From positions 2,048,001 through 2,112,000 of the forward strand of contig OZ219856.1 in NCBI GenBank assembly GCA_964291395.2: a DNA stretch of 64,000 bases, written 5' to 3'. Position 1 is the stretch's first letter, and each line of letters opens with the position of its first letter. Under the pieces are notes generated by a model, which saw nothing but the letters and a program-made list of their open reading frames with translations, was not told where the DNA came from and made no database searches. Source of the stretch: Alphaproteobacteria bacterium. GTDB taxonomy: Bacteria; Pseudomonadota; Alphaproteobacteria; UBA2966. The position numbers and the translations under genes were made by a program. Shown here piece after piece: positions 41,835 through 51,122 of the stretch.

Positions 41835-41850
41835 GCCGGAGTACTCCGGC
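41835..41850. promoter_or_regulatory. Perfect 16-bp palindrome in the ppx/tRNA divergent region
   Basis: GCCGGAGTACTCCGGC, 9 nt upstream of the tRNA -35 box. Confidence 0.5.
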
Positions 41851-41859
41851 CGACCGTCG

Positions 41860-41888
41860 TTGACAGCCCTCGGGCCCGTTCCTATGTT
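41860..41888 (+). promoter_or_regulatory. Sigma70 promoter of tRNA-Gln
   Basis: TTGACA-N17-TATGTT. Confidence 0.75.
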
Positions 41889-41926
41889 CCGGAACTTCAG
41901 AGTTCGGCCGCTTGATGCGGTCCTGC

Positions 41927-42000
41927 TGGGGGATCGTCTAATGGTAGGACAGCAGGTTCTGGCCCTGCCGGTGGGGGTTCGAGTCCCTCTCCCCCAGCCA
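41927..42000 (+). tRNA. tRNA-Gln (anticodon CTG)
   Basis: 74-nt cloverleaf: acceptor TGGGGGA/TCCCCCA, anticodon arm GCAGG-TT-CTG-GC-CCTGC, T-loop TTCGAGT, encoded CCA, U1-A72 pair. Confidence 0.96.
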
Positions 42001-42501
42001 AAGATAGCTTTACGTTTATATTCAAATGGTTATGGGACTCGACACCAAAACGAACCGAACCGGACGGGTCCGTCTAAGAAAGTCCGCCCGCCATTGGACA
42101 GCGGTCCATCAGGATTCCGAGAAATCGGAGGGTAACGGGAGGATGCGCGATCAGGAACCGTCGCTCAACTTTCCACTGCGCGCGATCCGCGACACAGTCG
42201 TCATCTCTTCGGCCACCCATCCCGCCGACGTATCGGTAGCTGCGGCTCATGGCTTGGAGAAGCGGCGGCGTCGGAGCCACAGCCTTGATGCAACAAAGCT
42301 GAAACGCTATACCGGGTGGCGCGAGTGATCCCCTGACTGAGCGGGCAGAGACCGTCGAATTTTCCAAGCTCGACGGGGGGAACTCTATTCTCCGCTTTAG
42401 CCAAAGGGGGTAAGGCGCTCAGAATTTTGTCGGCAGGGAAGCAACACTGGATCGTTCCCCCTCAAAGTGGAACAATAAACTGATGGGAGGAGTATGGAGA
42501 A

Positions 42502-43656
42502 ATGAACAAGATAAAGGTTGGTCTTATTGGCGTGGGAAACTGCGCCAGTTCACTGATCCAAGGTCTGTACTACTACCAAGACAAGCGCCCCGAATTTGCA
42601 ATCGGTCTGATGCACTGGGACCTCGGCGGATACCGGCCCTCGGACATCGAGGTCGCCGTCGCATTCGATATCGACGAACGTAAGGTCGGAAGCGACCTGT
42701 CGGAAGCGATCTTTGCCCCCCCCAACTGCACAACCGTGTTCCAAGAAAACGTGCCCGCGATGGGTGTCCCGGTCCAAATGGGCCAGATCCTGGACGGATT
42801 TTCGACACACATGGCCAATTGGGATCGGTCGCAAACATTCCGACCGTCTCAAACGAAACAGCCGGAAAAGGACGACATCGTCCGTGAACTTCGCGAACGC
42901 GGTGTCGAAGTCCTTCTGAACTATCTGCCGGTGGGATCCGAACAGGCGACGCAGTTCTATGCGGAATGCGCCCTCGAAGCGGGATGCGCCTTCATCAACA
43001 ACATTCCGGTTTTCATCGCCTCGGACCCGGTCTGGGCCGAACGTTTCGATTTGGCCGGGCTGCCGATCATCGGGGATGACATCAAGGCGCAACTGGGCGC
43101 CACGATTACCCATCGTGCCCTGGTGGATCTGTTCAAGAAACGCGGCGTCAAACTGGAACGCACTTATCAGCTCAACACCGGCGGAAACACTGATTTTCTG
43201 AACATGCTCAACCGCGACCGACTGGCATCCAAGAAGGAATCCAAGACCGAAGCGGTCCAGTCGGTGGCGGGGATTCGATTGCCTGACAGCGAGATCCACG
43301 TTGGCCCCAGTGACTACGTTCCATGGCAAAAAGACAACAAGGTCTGCTTCATCCGCATGGAAGGTAAGCTCTTCGGGGACGTTCCCATGAATCTCGAGCT
43401 ACGCCTGTCGGTCGAGGATTCACCGAATTCGGCAGGTGTCTCGATCGACGCGATCCGCTGCGCGAAGTTGGCGCTGGACCGTGGTTTGAGCGGCCCCATC
43501 CATCCGCCGTCGAGCTACTTCTGCAAACATCCGCCGATCCAGCACACGGATGATGAGGCCTACCGCATGCTGGAAGATTTCATCGCGGATGGGGAAGAGG
43601 TCCGGAATGAAGTGTTTGATTTCGGCAGCGGGCAAAGGATCGAGGCTGCCGAATAA
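42502..43656 (+). CDS. ino1: Myo-inositol-1-phosphate synthase
   Basis: [48 protein letters not shown] and DSPNSAG. Confidence 0.93.
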   Translation: MNKIKVGLIGVGNCASSLIQGLYYYQDKRPEFAIGLMHWDLGGYRPSDIEVAVAFDIDERKVGSDLSEAIFAPPNCTTVFQENVPAMGVPVQMGQILDGFSTHMANWDRSQTFRPSQTKQPEKDDIVRELRERGVEVLLNYLPVGSEQATQFYAECALEAGCAFINNIPVFIASDPVWAERFDLAGLPIIGDDIKAQLGATITHRALVDLFKKRGVKLERTYQLNTGGNTDFLNMLNRDRLASKKESKTEAVQSVAGIRLPDSEIHVGPSDYVPWQKDNKVCFIRMEGKLFGDVPMNLELRLSVEDSPNSAGVSIDAIRCAKLALDRGLSGPIHPPSSYFCKHPPIQHTDDEAYRMLEDFIADGEEVRNEVFDFGSGQRIEAAE

Positions 43657-44130
43657 AGCACCGAGCAAAATGCTCGTACCCATTCTGGGGGTTCCCCTAA
43701 ACGAAGGGATCATTCGCACCCGAATCGTAGCCGGTGCGGATGAGTTCCTGGTAATCGCGGGCCACAGCGCTTGAACCGCCGAATCCTCTTTGCAGGAGAT
43801 CGCGAAGAAACTGGAAGTTCCGACCGGAACCTTCGGGAACGAGACCTTTGGGACGTCGGAGAGCGGAATTCCGCTCGGTGCGGACACCTACATCGACAAC
43901 CCCTTGGCCGACAGGTCTGACGTGACCCGCGTTCGGTGGGTCGGCTGACTAGGTCATGCCGACCCTGGCAACTATTGCGGCGATTATGAATGCGGAGGCG
44001 ATCCGCCGGTTGGTCGTTTGCCGGAATGAATGGCTTGATGGCTGCGCAGCAAATGATCCGCTCGGTGGCAACTGAAGTCGAAGGAGGTTTTCGCAGCGAT
44101 CTTCTGCGAAACGCAGACGGCCTGTCGAAG
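43607..44130 (+). pseudogene. Degraded NTP-transferase (CTP:inositol-1-phosphate cytidylyltransferase-like, possibly IPCT/DIPPS)
   Basis: [14 protein letters not shown]...SKMLVPILGVPL...AGADEFLVIAGH, then in-frame TGA at 43772. The frame continues ...LGADTYIDNPLADRSDVTRV to a second TGA. 3' end approximate. Confidence 0.7.
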
Positions 44131-44599
44131 ATCAAGAACTCCGAAACATCGTCGAGGAGAGTCCGCACCTGGCGGGACGCCACCTAAGGTCATGATCCCA
44201 GGGCGCTGACCGCACGACGCAAGGTGACGCCCTGGCCTTGGCTCGAGGTGCCGCTCATGGACACGGGGCCCCGTCCCTAGGGGTCCGCCAAGGCCCGTGC
44301 AGGATGCGAGCGTCATTCGATCCCGGCGCGTTAACAAAGTGTCATATTTCAGAAGCATATTGGGCCGCGGCATTTCACCGTGAGGCAGGGGAGGCATGGC
44401 GGCTCTTGCTCTGTCGGGTCCGGACAACGTAGCCACCGGGCGCGCGAGATCACGCACCAAGCGTTCGCCTAGGGGGACTTGCCGCCGGTGCCGGCGTGGC
44501 CCTTGGAGGAAATGATAAAATGAACCCTGCGGTAATGCTTCCCAACCACGACATGGAAAGGACGACTGCAAACCGAACACATCCGGTCTCGGCCGTGAG

Positions 44600-45832
44600 A
44601 TGAAAATCGCGATCTTCAATGAAAAGTATCATCCCAACGTTTCGGGAGGTGCCGAGAAATCCGTGAAGATATTGGCGGATGCACTGCGCGATCGTGGCAT
44701 CGCGCCGGAGGTGGTCACGCTTTCACCTGAAGCCAAAGCCCGCGTCGACAGTGTCGATGGCATACGCGTCCACTATTTGGCATTACAGAACTTCTTTTGG
44801 CCGTTCGATGGAAAACGGCGTTCTCGGTGGCGCATGTGGGCGTATCACGCGCGCGACGCCATGAATGTCACGATCGTGGTCAACGCGATGCGCGTGCTGG
44901 ACGACATGCGACCCGACCTCGTGCACACCAACAATCTGAGCGGACTCAGTATCCTGCTGTGGCAGGCGGTAAAGGCGCGGTCTCTACCCCTCGTTCACAC
45001 ACTGCGGGATTATTTCCTCATGTGCCCGTTTTCCGCCAGGTTTCGCGCCGGGCGCAACTGCGAAAAGCCGTGCCCCGAATGCGCTCCATTTGCCGTTCTA
45101 GGCCGGCGGTCGTCCCGACGCGTCGAAGCCGTCGTGGGCAATAGTCACGATATTCTCGACAGCCATCTGGCGGCTGGATACTTCAAGGCTACGCCGCTTC
45201 GGTCAGTCATTTACAATGCTTCCACCGTCCGCGCGGACACCGGCAAACCCGCACCATCACCTTCGGGCCGCCAGGAGGTGACATTCGCCTATCTCGGGCG
45301 CATCACGCCTGAAAAGGGCATCGAGCAGTTGCTGAACGCGACGCGCGTGCTGCCGGACAGCGGCTGGAGACTCTTGATCGCGGGTGACGGCGACGAAAGC
45401 TATGTCTCGGATTTGAGACGGCGGTTCGGGAGTCCGAGTATTATTTGGCTGGGTTGGGTTAACGCTGCCGACGTGTACCGGCAAACTGATTGGGTTCTCG
45501 TACCTTCCCTTTGGCGCGAACCACTGCCCCGCGTCATCCTCGAAGCGCATTCGTTGGGGATTCCCGTGATTGCTTCCAACAAGGGCGGCAACTCGGAGGT
45601 CGTATCGCACCGGAGGACAGGTCTTGTTTTCGACCCTGGGAATCCCGGCGCCTTGCCGAATCTGCTCACGGAAATTCTGTCGGGAATGCACTCATCGGAG
45701 AAGTTCCGCTCGGCATGCCTCGCGGCCAGCGGTGTCTACAAGCCGGAACGCCTCGCCGGCGACTATATCGCCGTCTACGAAAGGCTCGTCCGGTCTCGGC
45801 GGGACTCAATGGCTCCCGGAAGGACCGGTTGA
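44600..45832 (+). CDS. Glycosyltransferase family 4
   Basis: GGAEKS, PDLVHTNN, VHTLRDY, YLGRITPEKG, VPSLWREP, VILEA and GIPVIAS. Confidence 0.9.
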   Translation: MKIAIFNEKYHPNVSGGAEKSVKILADALRDRGIAPEVVTLSPEAKARVDSVDGIRVHYLALQNFFWPFDGKRRSRWRMWAYHARDAMNVTIVVNAMRVLDDMRPDLVHTNNLSGLSILLWQAVKARSLPLVHTLRDYFLMCPFSARFRAGRNCEKPCPECAPFAVLGRRSSRRVEAVVGNSHDILDSHLAAGYFKATPLRSVIYNASTVRADTGKPAPSPSGRQEVTFAYLGRITPEKGIEQLLNATRVLPDSGWRLLIAGDGDESYVSDLRRRFGSPSIIWLGWVNAADVYRQTDWVLVPSLWREPLPRVILEAHSLGIPVIASNKGGNSEVVSHRRTGLVFDPGNPGALPNLLTEILSGMHSSEKFRSACLAASGVYKPERLAGDYIAVYERLVRSRRDSMAPGRTG

Positions 45833-45924
45833 CACGCCGAACGGTTCCGTGACAGCGGGTCAACCATGTGCCCACGCGTCCGTTTTGCGCTAGATAGTTC
45901 GCCGTCACCCGAACAGGAACCTTC

Positions 45925-48414
45925 ATGACGTCACGTACCGCGCAAGTCTACGACGCCCTGGTGCTTCGCAATCCGAAATCGGTCCTGGCCCTGTTGCTCG
46001 CCGTCCTGATCTTCTTCGGTTACCACGCGCAGAACTTCAAGCTCGACGCATCGGCCGACTCCCTGCTGCTGGAAGACGACGCCGATCTCAACCTGTTCCG
46101 GAAGATCCACGAGCGGTACCCGAGTAAACCCCTGCTCATCGTGACCTATACCCCGGACGCGGACCTCTTCTCGGACCAGGCCCTGGAGCCGTTGAAGCAA
46201 CTTCGAGACGAACTGAAAAAGGTCGACGGCGTCGAGTCCGTATTCACGATCCTCGACGCGCCGCTGCTCATCAGCTCCGACGTCCCCATCCAGGAATTGA
46301 TCGAAGACATCCCGAGCCTCGAGGAGCCCGGCGTCGACCGCGCCAGAGCCCAGGAAGAATTGCGAACGAGCCCGGTTTATCGCAACCTCATCATAAGCCC
46401 CGACGGGAGGACCACCGCACTGCTGTTGGAACTCGCCGAGGGGCGAGACTACAACGACCTCTTCAAGTCCAGAAACGAGCTCCGCGCCAAGCGACGCAGC
46501 GCCGGCCTCTCGGACGAAGAGGCACGAACCCTGGAACGCGTCACCGCCGAGTATGACCGGGCGCACGAAGCGCTCAACGACCGGCGCCATCTCGATATCC
46601 AGCGCATCAGGGACATCGTCGCGCCGTACCGGCAGCATGGCGTTCTCCATCTCGGCGGCGTGCCGATGATCACCGACGACATGGTGACCTTCGTGCGCAA
46701 TGACCTGATCGTCTTTGGCGGCGGCGTCCTGGCGTTTCTCGTCATCGTGCTCACGGCCATATTCCGCGAAGTGCGCTGGATCGTGCTGCCGCTCCTCAGT
46801 TGTTTCTACGCGGGTCTGATCATGATCGGCGTGCTGGGACTGATCGGCTGGAAGGTCACCGTCATCTCGTCCAACTTCCTCGCCCTGATGCTGATCATCA
46901 CCATCTCGATGAACATCCATCTCATCGTGCGCTATCGGCAACTCAATCGGGATCGCCCGGAGGACGATCAGTTGGCGCTGGTCGGAACCACCGCGAGCAA
47001 GATGGTGAAACCCTGCCTCTACACCGCCCTCACGACCATCATGGGGTTCAGTTCCCTGGTGGTCAGCGGGATCAAGCCGGTCATCGACTTCGGGTGGATG
47101 ATGAGCGCCGGGTTGGCGGTGACGTTCGCGACCTCGTTTCTCCTGTTCCCGGCAGTGTTGATGGTGATGGGCAAGGCCCGCTCCAGGCCGGGGCCCGACC
47201 GCGACCGGTTCCTTTTCCCCGCCTATCTGGCACGCCTGACCGAAACCCGGGGTGCGGCGATCATGGTGCCGGCAGTGATTCTGACCGCCGTGAGTGCCGT
47301 CGGGATAACGCAGTTGCGCGTCGAAAACAGCTTCATCAACTATTTCAGCGACGATACCGAGATTTATCGAGGGCTGAAACTCATCGACGAGGAGCTTGGC
47401 GGGACCACGCCCCTGGAGGTCCTCGTCAGGTTCGAGCCCAATCCCGACGACCTCCTCACGCCCGAAGATCTCGAAGGGCTGACGGAAGAGGAGATCGAGA
47501 TGGAGATGGAGTACGCGCGGGAACGCGCTGCCTCTCCGCAGTACTGGTTCACAGTCGATAAGATCGACCGCATCAAGGAGATTCACGACTACCTCGACGG
47601 ACATCCCGATATCGGCAAGGTACTCAGCCTCGCGTCCACGGTGCGTATCGCCGAGTCCTCCATGGAAAAGGAACTCGACGGAATCGAGCTCGCCATCCTG
47701 TATACGAAGGTTCCGCCCCGGGTGAAGAAGAGCCTCATCGAGCCGTACGTCTCGGTGAGCGACGACGAGGCGCGGCTGCTCGCGCGCGTAGTGGATTCAA
47801 AGCCCGACCTGCGCCGCAAGGAACTGCTGGAAACGGTTCGCCACGACTTGGTGGACAAGCTGGGATACGAAGAGAAAGACGTGATCGTGAGCGGGCTCCT
47901 CGTGCTCTACAACAACATGCTGCAAAGCCTGTTCGCGTCCCAGATCAAGACCATCGGGGTCGTGATGCTGGGAATTGCGATCATGTTCCTCGTGCTGTTC
48001 CGGTCGGTCGTCCTGTCGGCTATCGGCATTCTGCCGAACATGCTCGGTGCCGTGACCGTCCTGGGCTTCATGGGGTTGGCCGGGATTCCCATGGACATGA
48101 TGACCATTACGATCGCCGCGATCACGATCGGCATCGCCGTCGACAACGGCATTCACTACATCTACCGCTTCAGAGAGGAGTACGCATTGAACGGCAGTTA
48201 CGTGGAGACGCTTCACATCTGCCACTCCAACATCGGCCAAGCGGTGTTCTACACGACCATGACCATCATCTTCGGATTCTCCATCCTGATGCTGTCCAAT
48301 TTCATTCCCACGATCTACTTTGGCGTGCTGACCGCGGCAGCGATGTTCATCGCCCTCCTCGCGGCGCTTACGGTCTTGCCGAGATTGATTCTGATGTGGA
48401 GACCCTTCGGCTGA
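45925..48414 (+). CDS. MMPL/RND-family transporter
   Basis: Two repeats of one TM, a large loop and five TMs; GIAVDNGIHY, TALTTIMGFSSL and FIPTIYFG. Confidence 0.88.
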   Translation: MTSRTAQVYDALVLRNPKSVLALLLAVLIFFGYHAQNFKLDASADSLLLEDDADLNLFRKIHERYPSKPLLIVTYTPDADLFSDQALEPLKQLRDELKKVDGVESVFTILDAPLLISSDVPIQELIEDIPSLEEPGVDRARAQEELRTSPVYRNLIISPDGRTTALLLELAEGRDYNDLFKSRNELRAKRRSAGLSDEEARTLERVTAEYDRAHEALNDRRHLDIQRIRDIVAPYRQHGVLHLGGVPMITDDMVTFVRNDLIVFGGGVLAFLVIVLTAIFREVRWIVLPLLSCFYAGLIMIGVLGLIGWKVTVISSNFLALMLIITISMNIHLIVRYRQLNRDRPEDDQLALVGTTASKMVKPCLYTALTTIMGFSSLVVSGIKPVIDFGWMMSAGLAVTFATSFLLFPAVLMVMGKARSRPGPDRDRFLFPAYLARLTETRGAAIMVPAVILTAVSAVGITQLRVENSFINYFSDDTEIYRGLKLIDEELGGTTPLEVLVRFEPNPDDLLTPEDLEGLTEEEIEMEMEYARERAASPQYWFTVDKIDRIKEIHDYLDGHPDIGKVLSLASTVRIAESSMEKELDGIELAILYTKVPPRVKKSLIEPYVSVSDDEARLLARVVDSKPDLRRKELLETVRHDLVDKLGYEEKDVIVSGLLVLYNNMLQSLFASQIKTIGVVMLGIAIMFLVLFRSVVLSAIGILPNMLGAVTVLGFMGLAGIPMDMMTITIAAITIGIAVDNGIHYIYRFREEYALNGSYVETLHICHSNIGQAVFYTTMTIIFGFSILMLSNFIPTIYFGVLTAAAMFIALLAALTVLPRLILMWRPFG

Positions 48415-48436
48415 GAACCGCTCCAGCAAACTCTGC

Positions 48437-49369
48437 TCACCCCTGCTCCCCGAAGGCCTCGAGAATCTCGGCGCCCGTCGCCACCCACACGCCGTCCGTA
48501 TCGTTCAGCCACGCCAGCATGTCCTCGAAATAGCCGATGCGGTGAGGATGGCCGCTGATCCAGGCATGGAACGCGAGGGCCATGACGCGGCCCCCCTGTC
48601 GAGCGGCCTCACGCCCCAGGACCGCGCAGGCATCCCGGATCTGCCGGTAGAATTTTGCCTCCGCGTGCCGCAGATCGAGGAGAACCAGCCGGTCGCTGAG
48701 TTCGTAGGCGTACGGCATGGCGAAGAGCGGACCGGACTTCGTCCGAACCTCGTAGGGAAGATCATCATTGACCCAGTCACAGACATAGTCGATCCCCTCC
48801 CCCGCCAAGAGATCGAGTGTGTTCATGGATTGGGACAGGTCAGGCGACAGCCACCCGGTTACGGCCTGGCCCGTCGCTTCGCGGAGTGTCTCAAGGGTTC
48901 GGCGTACCCACGACCGCTCGACGGATCGCGGCAGCCCTCCCTCGTGGATATGTTCCATATCGATTCCGTGGGCAATGACTTCGTGGCCACCATTCACGAC
49001 CGCTCGAACCAATTCCGGGTAGCGCACGGCGACCGCCGCGTTCATGGCGACCGACGCCCGGGTTCGCCCGGCCTCCAGCGCCCGCAGAATTCGATAGATT
49101 CCGACCCGGTTCCCATACTCCAGATGCGTATAGGTCCGATAGTCGGGGTAGGGACGGACACCGATGTATTGGTCGCTCGGCGGCCGGAACGGCGTGTTCC
49201 GCGACGTCAGGGGAAACCACTCGACGACGATCACCGGCCATACGGCGAGCGGCGCGCCTTCGGGCCATGTGACGGGGGGACGATGGGGAAGGATCGACCA
49301 GTCGTACAGATCGTGGTCCATCCCCCGCTTCCGGTGGGGATATTCGAGGTTGTGACGCGGCCGCCTCAT
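48437..49369 (-). CDS. Polysaccharide deacetylase (CE4) family, PuuE-like, paralogue B
   Basis: WPEGAPLAVW, EYGNRVG, HEVIAHG, GWLSP, DWVNDDLP and FHAWISGHPHR. Confidence 0.82.
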   Translation of the reverse strand: MRRPRHNLEYPHRKRGMDHDLYDWSILPHRPPVTWPEGAPLAVWPVIVVEWFPLTSRNTPFRPPSDQYIGVRPYPDYRTYTHLEYGNRVGIYRILRALEAGRTRASVAMNAAVAVRYPELVRAVVNGGHEVIAHGIDMEHIHEGGLPRSVERSWVRRTLETLREATGQAVTGWLSPDLSQSMNTLDLLAGEGIDYVCDWVNDDLPYEVRTKSGPLFAMPYAYELSDRLVLLDLRHAEAKFYRQIRDACAVLGREAARQGGRVMALAFHAWISGHPHRIGYFEDMLAWLNDTDGVWVATGAEILEAFGEQG

Positions 49370-50370
49370 GAGGCGCCACCAGCCACGGCCGCCTCCCGAT
49401 CAGCGATCGCCGCCACGAACTCGTCGTAGTGATGGGTGTCGAACCAGGCCGCGATCTCGCGCCCCGTGGTCATCCAGACGTCGTCATGCCCCGTTATATG
49501 GTCCAGCGCCTCGGCGAAGGCGTCGATTCGATGGGGCTGACCGACGGCGAAAGGGTGGAGCGGAATGCACATGACGGTGCCGGAATACGCCCCTTCCTCG
49601 TAAAGGCGGTCGAACTGCCGCTTCAGCAGGTTGCACCAGTCGCGGGGACTCCCCAAGGTGGTGAAATACCAGACCAACAAGTCGTTCCCCTCCACCGAAT
49701 ACGGAACGCTGGTCAGCCTGCCCTTGCGGGTGTTCACGGGAAACGGCTGATCGTCGTGGAACAGGTCCACGGTATACGCAAAGCCGTATTCGGCGATGAG
49801 CTCGATCGTTCTCGGGGTATTGGCCATCCCGGGCGCGAGCCAGCCGACGATGCGCTGTCCCGCGACGGCCTCCACGGTTTCGATGGCATCCTCGAGCATC
49901 CTCCGTTCCTGGGCCTCATCCATCCCGTGAGGGAATCGCGAGTTGTAGATTCCGTGACCGAAGAGCTCCCAGCCGCGCGCGACGCACGCTTCGATGATTT
50001 CGGGGTGGTGGATACAGAGCGCCGTGTTGAGGGAAACGCTGCCGCGTACGCCGCGGGCGTCCATCGCCTCGATCATGCGCCAGACTCCCACGCGATTGCC
50101 GTAGTCCACCGTGGAATACTTGAGGGTGTCGGGAAGCGGCCGGCCGTAGGGAGATCGATGACGATTGTAGGGCGGCAGCAGCTCGAACACTTCGATATTG
50201 GGCACCACCCAGAAGGCGACACGGGCCCCTCCGGGCCACCGGATCCTGGGGCGTTCAAAATAAGGCAGGTAGCCGAATAACCGGGGATCTTTCTTGCGGT
50301 TGGGCATCTTGGACCGTTCCGGGAGGTACCGCCGCTCTCCACCGGACCCGATCCTAACAAAGTTCGTCAT
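49366..50370 (-). CDS. Polysaccharide deacetylase (CE4) family, PuuE-like, paralogue A
   Basis: WPGGARVAFWVVPNIE, DYGNRVGVWR, ELFGHG, GWLAPG, DDQP and LHPFAVGQPHR. Alternative start at 50307. Confidence 0.85.
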   Translation of the reverse strand: MTNFVRIGSGGERRYLPERSKMPNRKKDPRLFGYLPYFERPRIRWPGGARVAFWVVPNIEVFELLPPYNRHRSPYGRPLPDTLKYSTVDYGNRVGVWRMIEAMDARGVRGSVSLNTALCIHHPEIIEACVARGWELFGHGIYNSRFPHGMDEAQERRMLEDAIETVEAVAGQRIVGWLAPGMANTPRTIELIAEYGFAYTVDLFHDDQPFPVNTRKGRLTSVPYSVEGNDLLVWYFTTLGSPRDWCNLLKRQFDRLYEEGAYSGTVMCIPLHPFAVGQPHRIDAFAEALDHITGHDDVWMTTGREIAAWFDTHHYDEFVAAIADREAAVAGGAS

Positions 50371-50389
50371 CCGGCGGTTCGCACAAAAG

Positions 50390-50422
50390 CGAGACTAGGC
50401 GAGACTAGCCGAGACTAGGCGA
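50390..50422. repeat. Three tandem 10-bp repeats CGAGACTAG(G/C)
   Basis: cgagactagg-cgagactagc-cgagactagg-cga in the divergent intergenic region. Confidence 0.9.
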
Positions 50423-50482
50423 ACAAAGCACCTGCGGGGTCCGGCCTCTTCAAGCCTCTCGAAATCGGGCGCGGCGCGCTCC

Positions 50483-50513
50483 TTGAATTAATATATCGGA
50501 ACGCTATATATCG
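50483..50513 (+). promoter_or_regulatory. padR promoter with overlapping operator
   Basis: TTGAAT -35 and TATATA -10 (16-nt spacer). Inverted repeat ATATATCG-GAA-CGCTATAT, and a second ATATATCG 15 bp downstream. Confidence 0.6.
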
Positions 50514-50539
50514 AAGTTGAAGACTTTTCGGGGACCGCC

Positions 50540-51076
50540 ATGGATATCAGGACTCTCTGTCTCGGAATCCTGACATTCGGAGATGCAACGGGCTACGACG
50601 TCAAGAAGCGTCTCGAGGGCCCGCTGCGCCATTACTACGACGCATCGTTCGGATCCATCTATCCGGCCTTGGCGGGTCTGAAGCGTGACGGGCTGGTGGA
50701 GCGGGTCGAGGAACCGCAGGAGAAACGCCCCCACAAGAAGGTCTACAGCATCACGCAAGCGGGCCGTCTGGCGCTGGTGGAGGCGTTGCTCGAGGATCCC
50801 AGGCCGGACCGCTACCGCTCGGATTTCATGGTGACCGTCCTCTTCGCGGACCTGCTGCCCCCGGGACACCTCGATGCACTGCTCGAAGACCGCATCCGGC
50901 TCTATCGGTCTTTCGTCGACAAGATCGAATCGAGACAAGGCGGCCGGTCGCCGGGCCAGGAGTTCGTCAACGGACTGGGCCACGCCATCTACAGCGCAGC
51001 CCTGGCCTATCTCGAGGAACGCCGGCCGTGGCTCGTGGCGCAGTCACTCAAGGCACAGGGCGAGGCGGCGGAATGA
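50540..51076 (+). CDS. PadR-family transcriptional regulator
   Basis: TGYDVKK, ASFGSIYPAL, KKVYSITQAGR. Confidence 0.9.
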   Translation: MDIRTLCLGILTFGDATGYDVKKRLEGPLRHYYDASFGSIYPALAGLKRDGLVERVEEPQEKRPHKKVYSITQAGRLALVEALLEDPRPDRYRSDFMVTVLFADLLPPGHLDALLEDRIRLYRSFVDKIESRQGGRSPGQEFVNGLGHAIYSAALAYLEERRPWLVAQSLKAQGEAAE

Positions 51077-51122
51077 CGCGCCCGCCCGGATCAACGCAAC
51101 CTGGAGCGGGGGAGTCCGTGCG

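Noticed and set aside
42026-42404. Short ORFs after tRNA-Gln as an integrase remnant
   Set aside because: No tyrosine- or serine-recombinase motifs recognisable in the listed frames.
43772-43774. In-frame TGA as selenocysteine or programmed readthrough
   Set aside because: Not a Cys-equivalent position, and further stops and an apparent deletion follow, which fits pseudogenisation.
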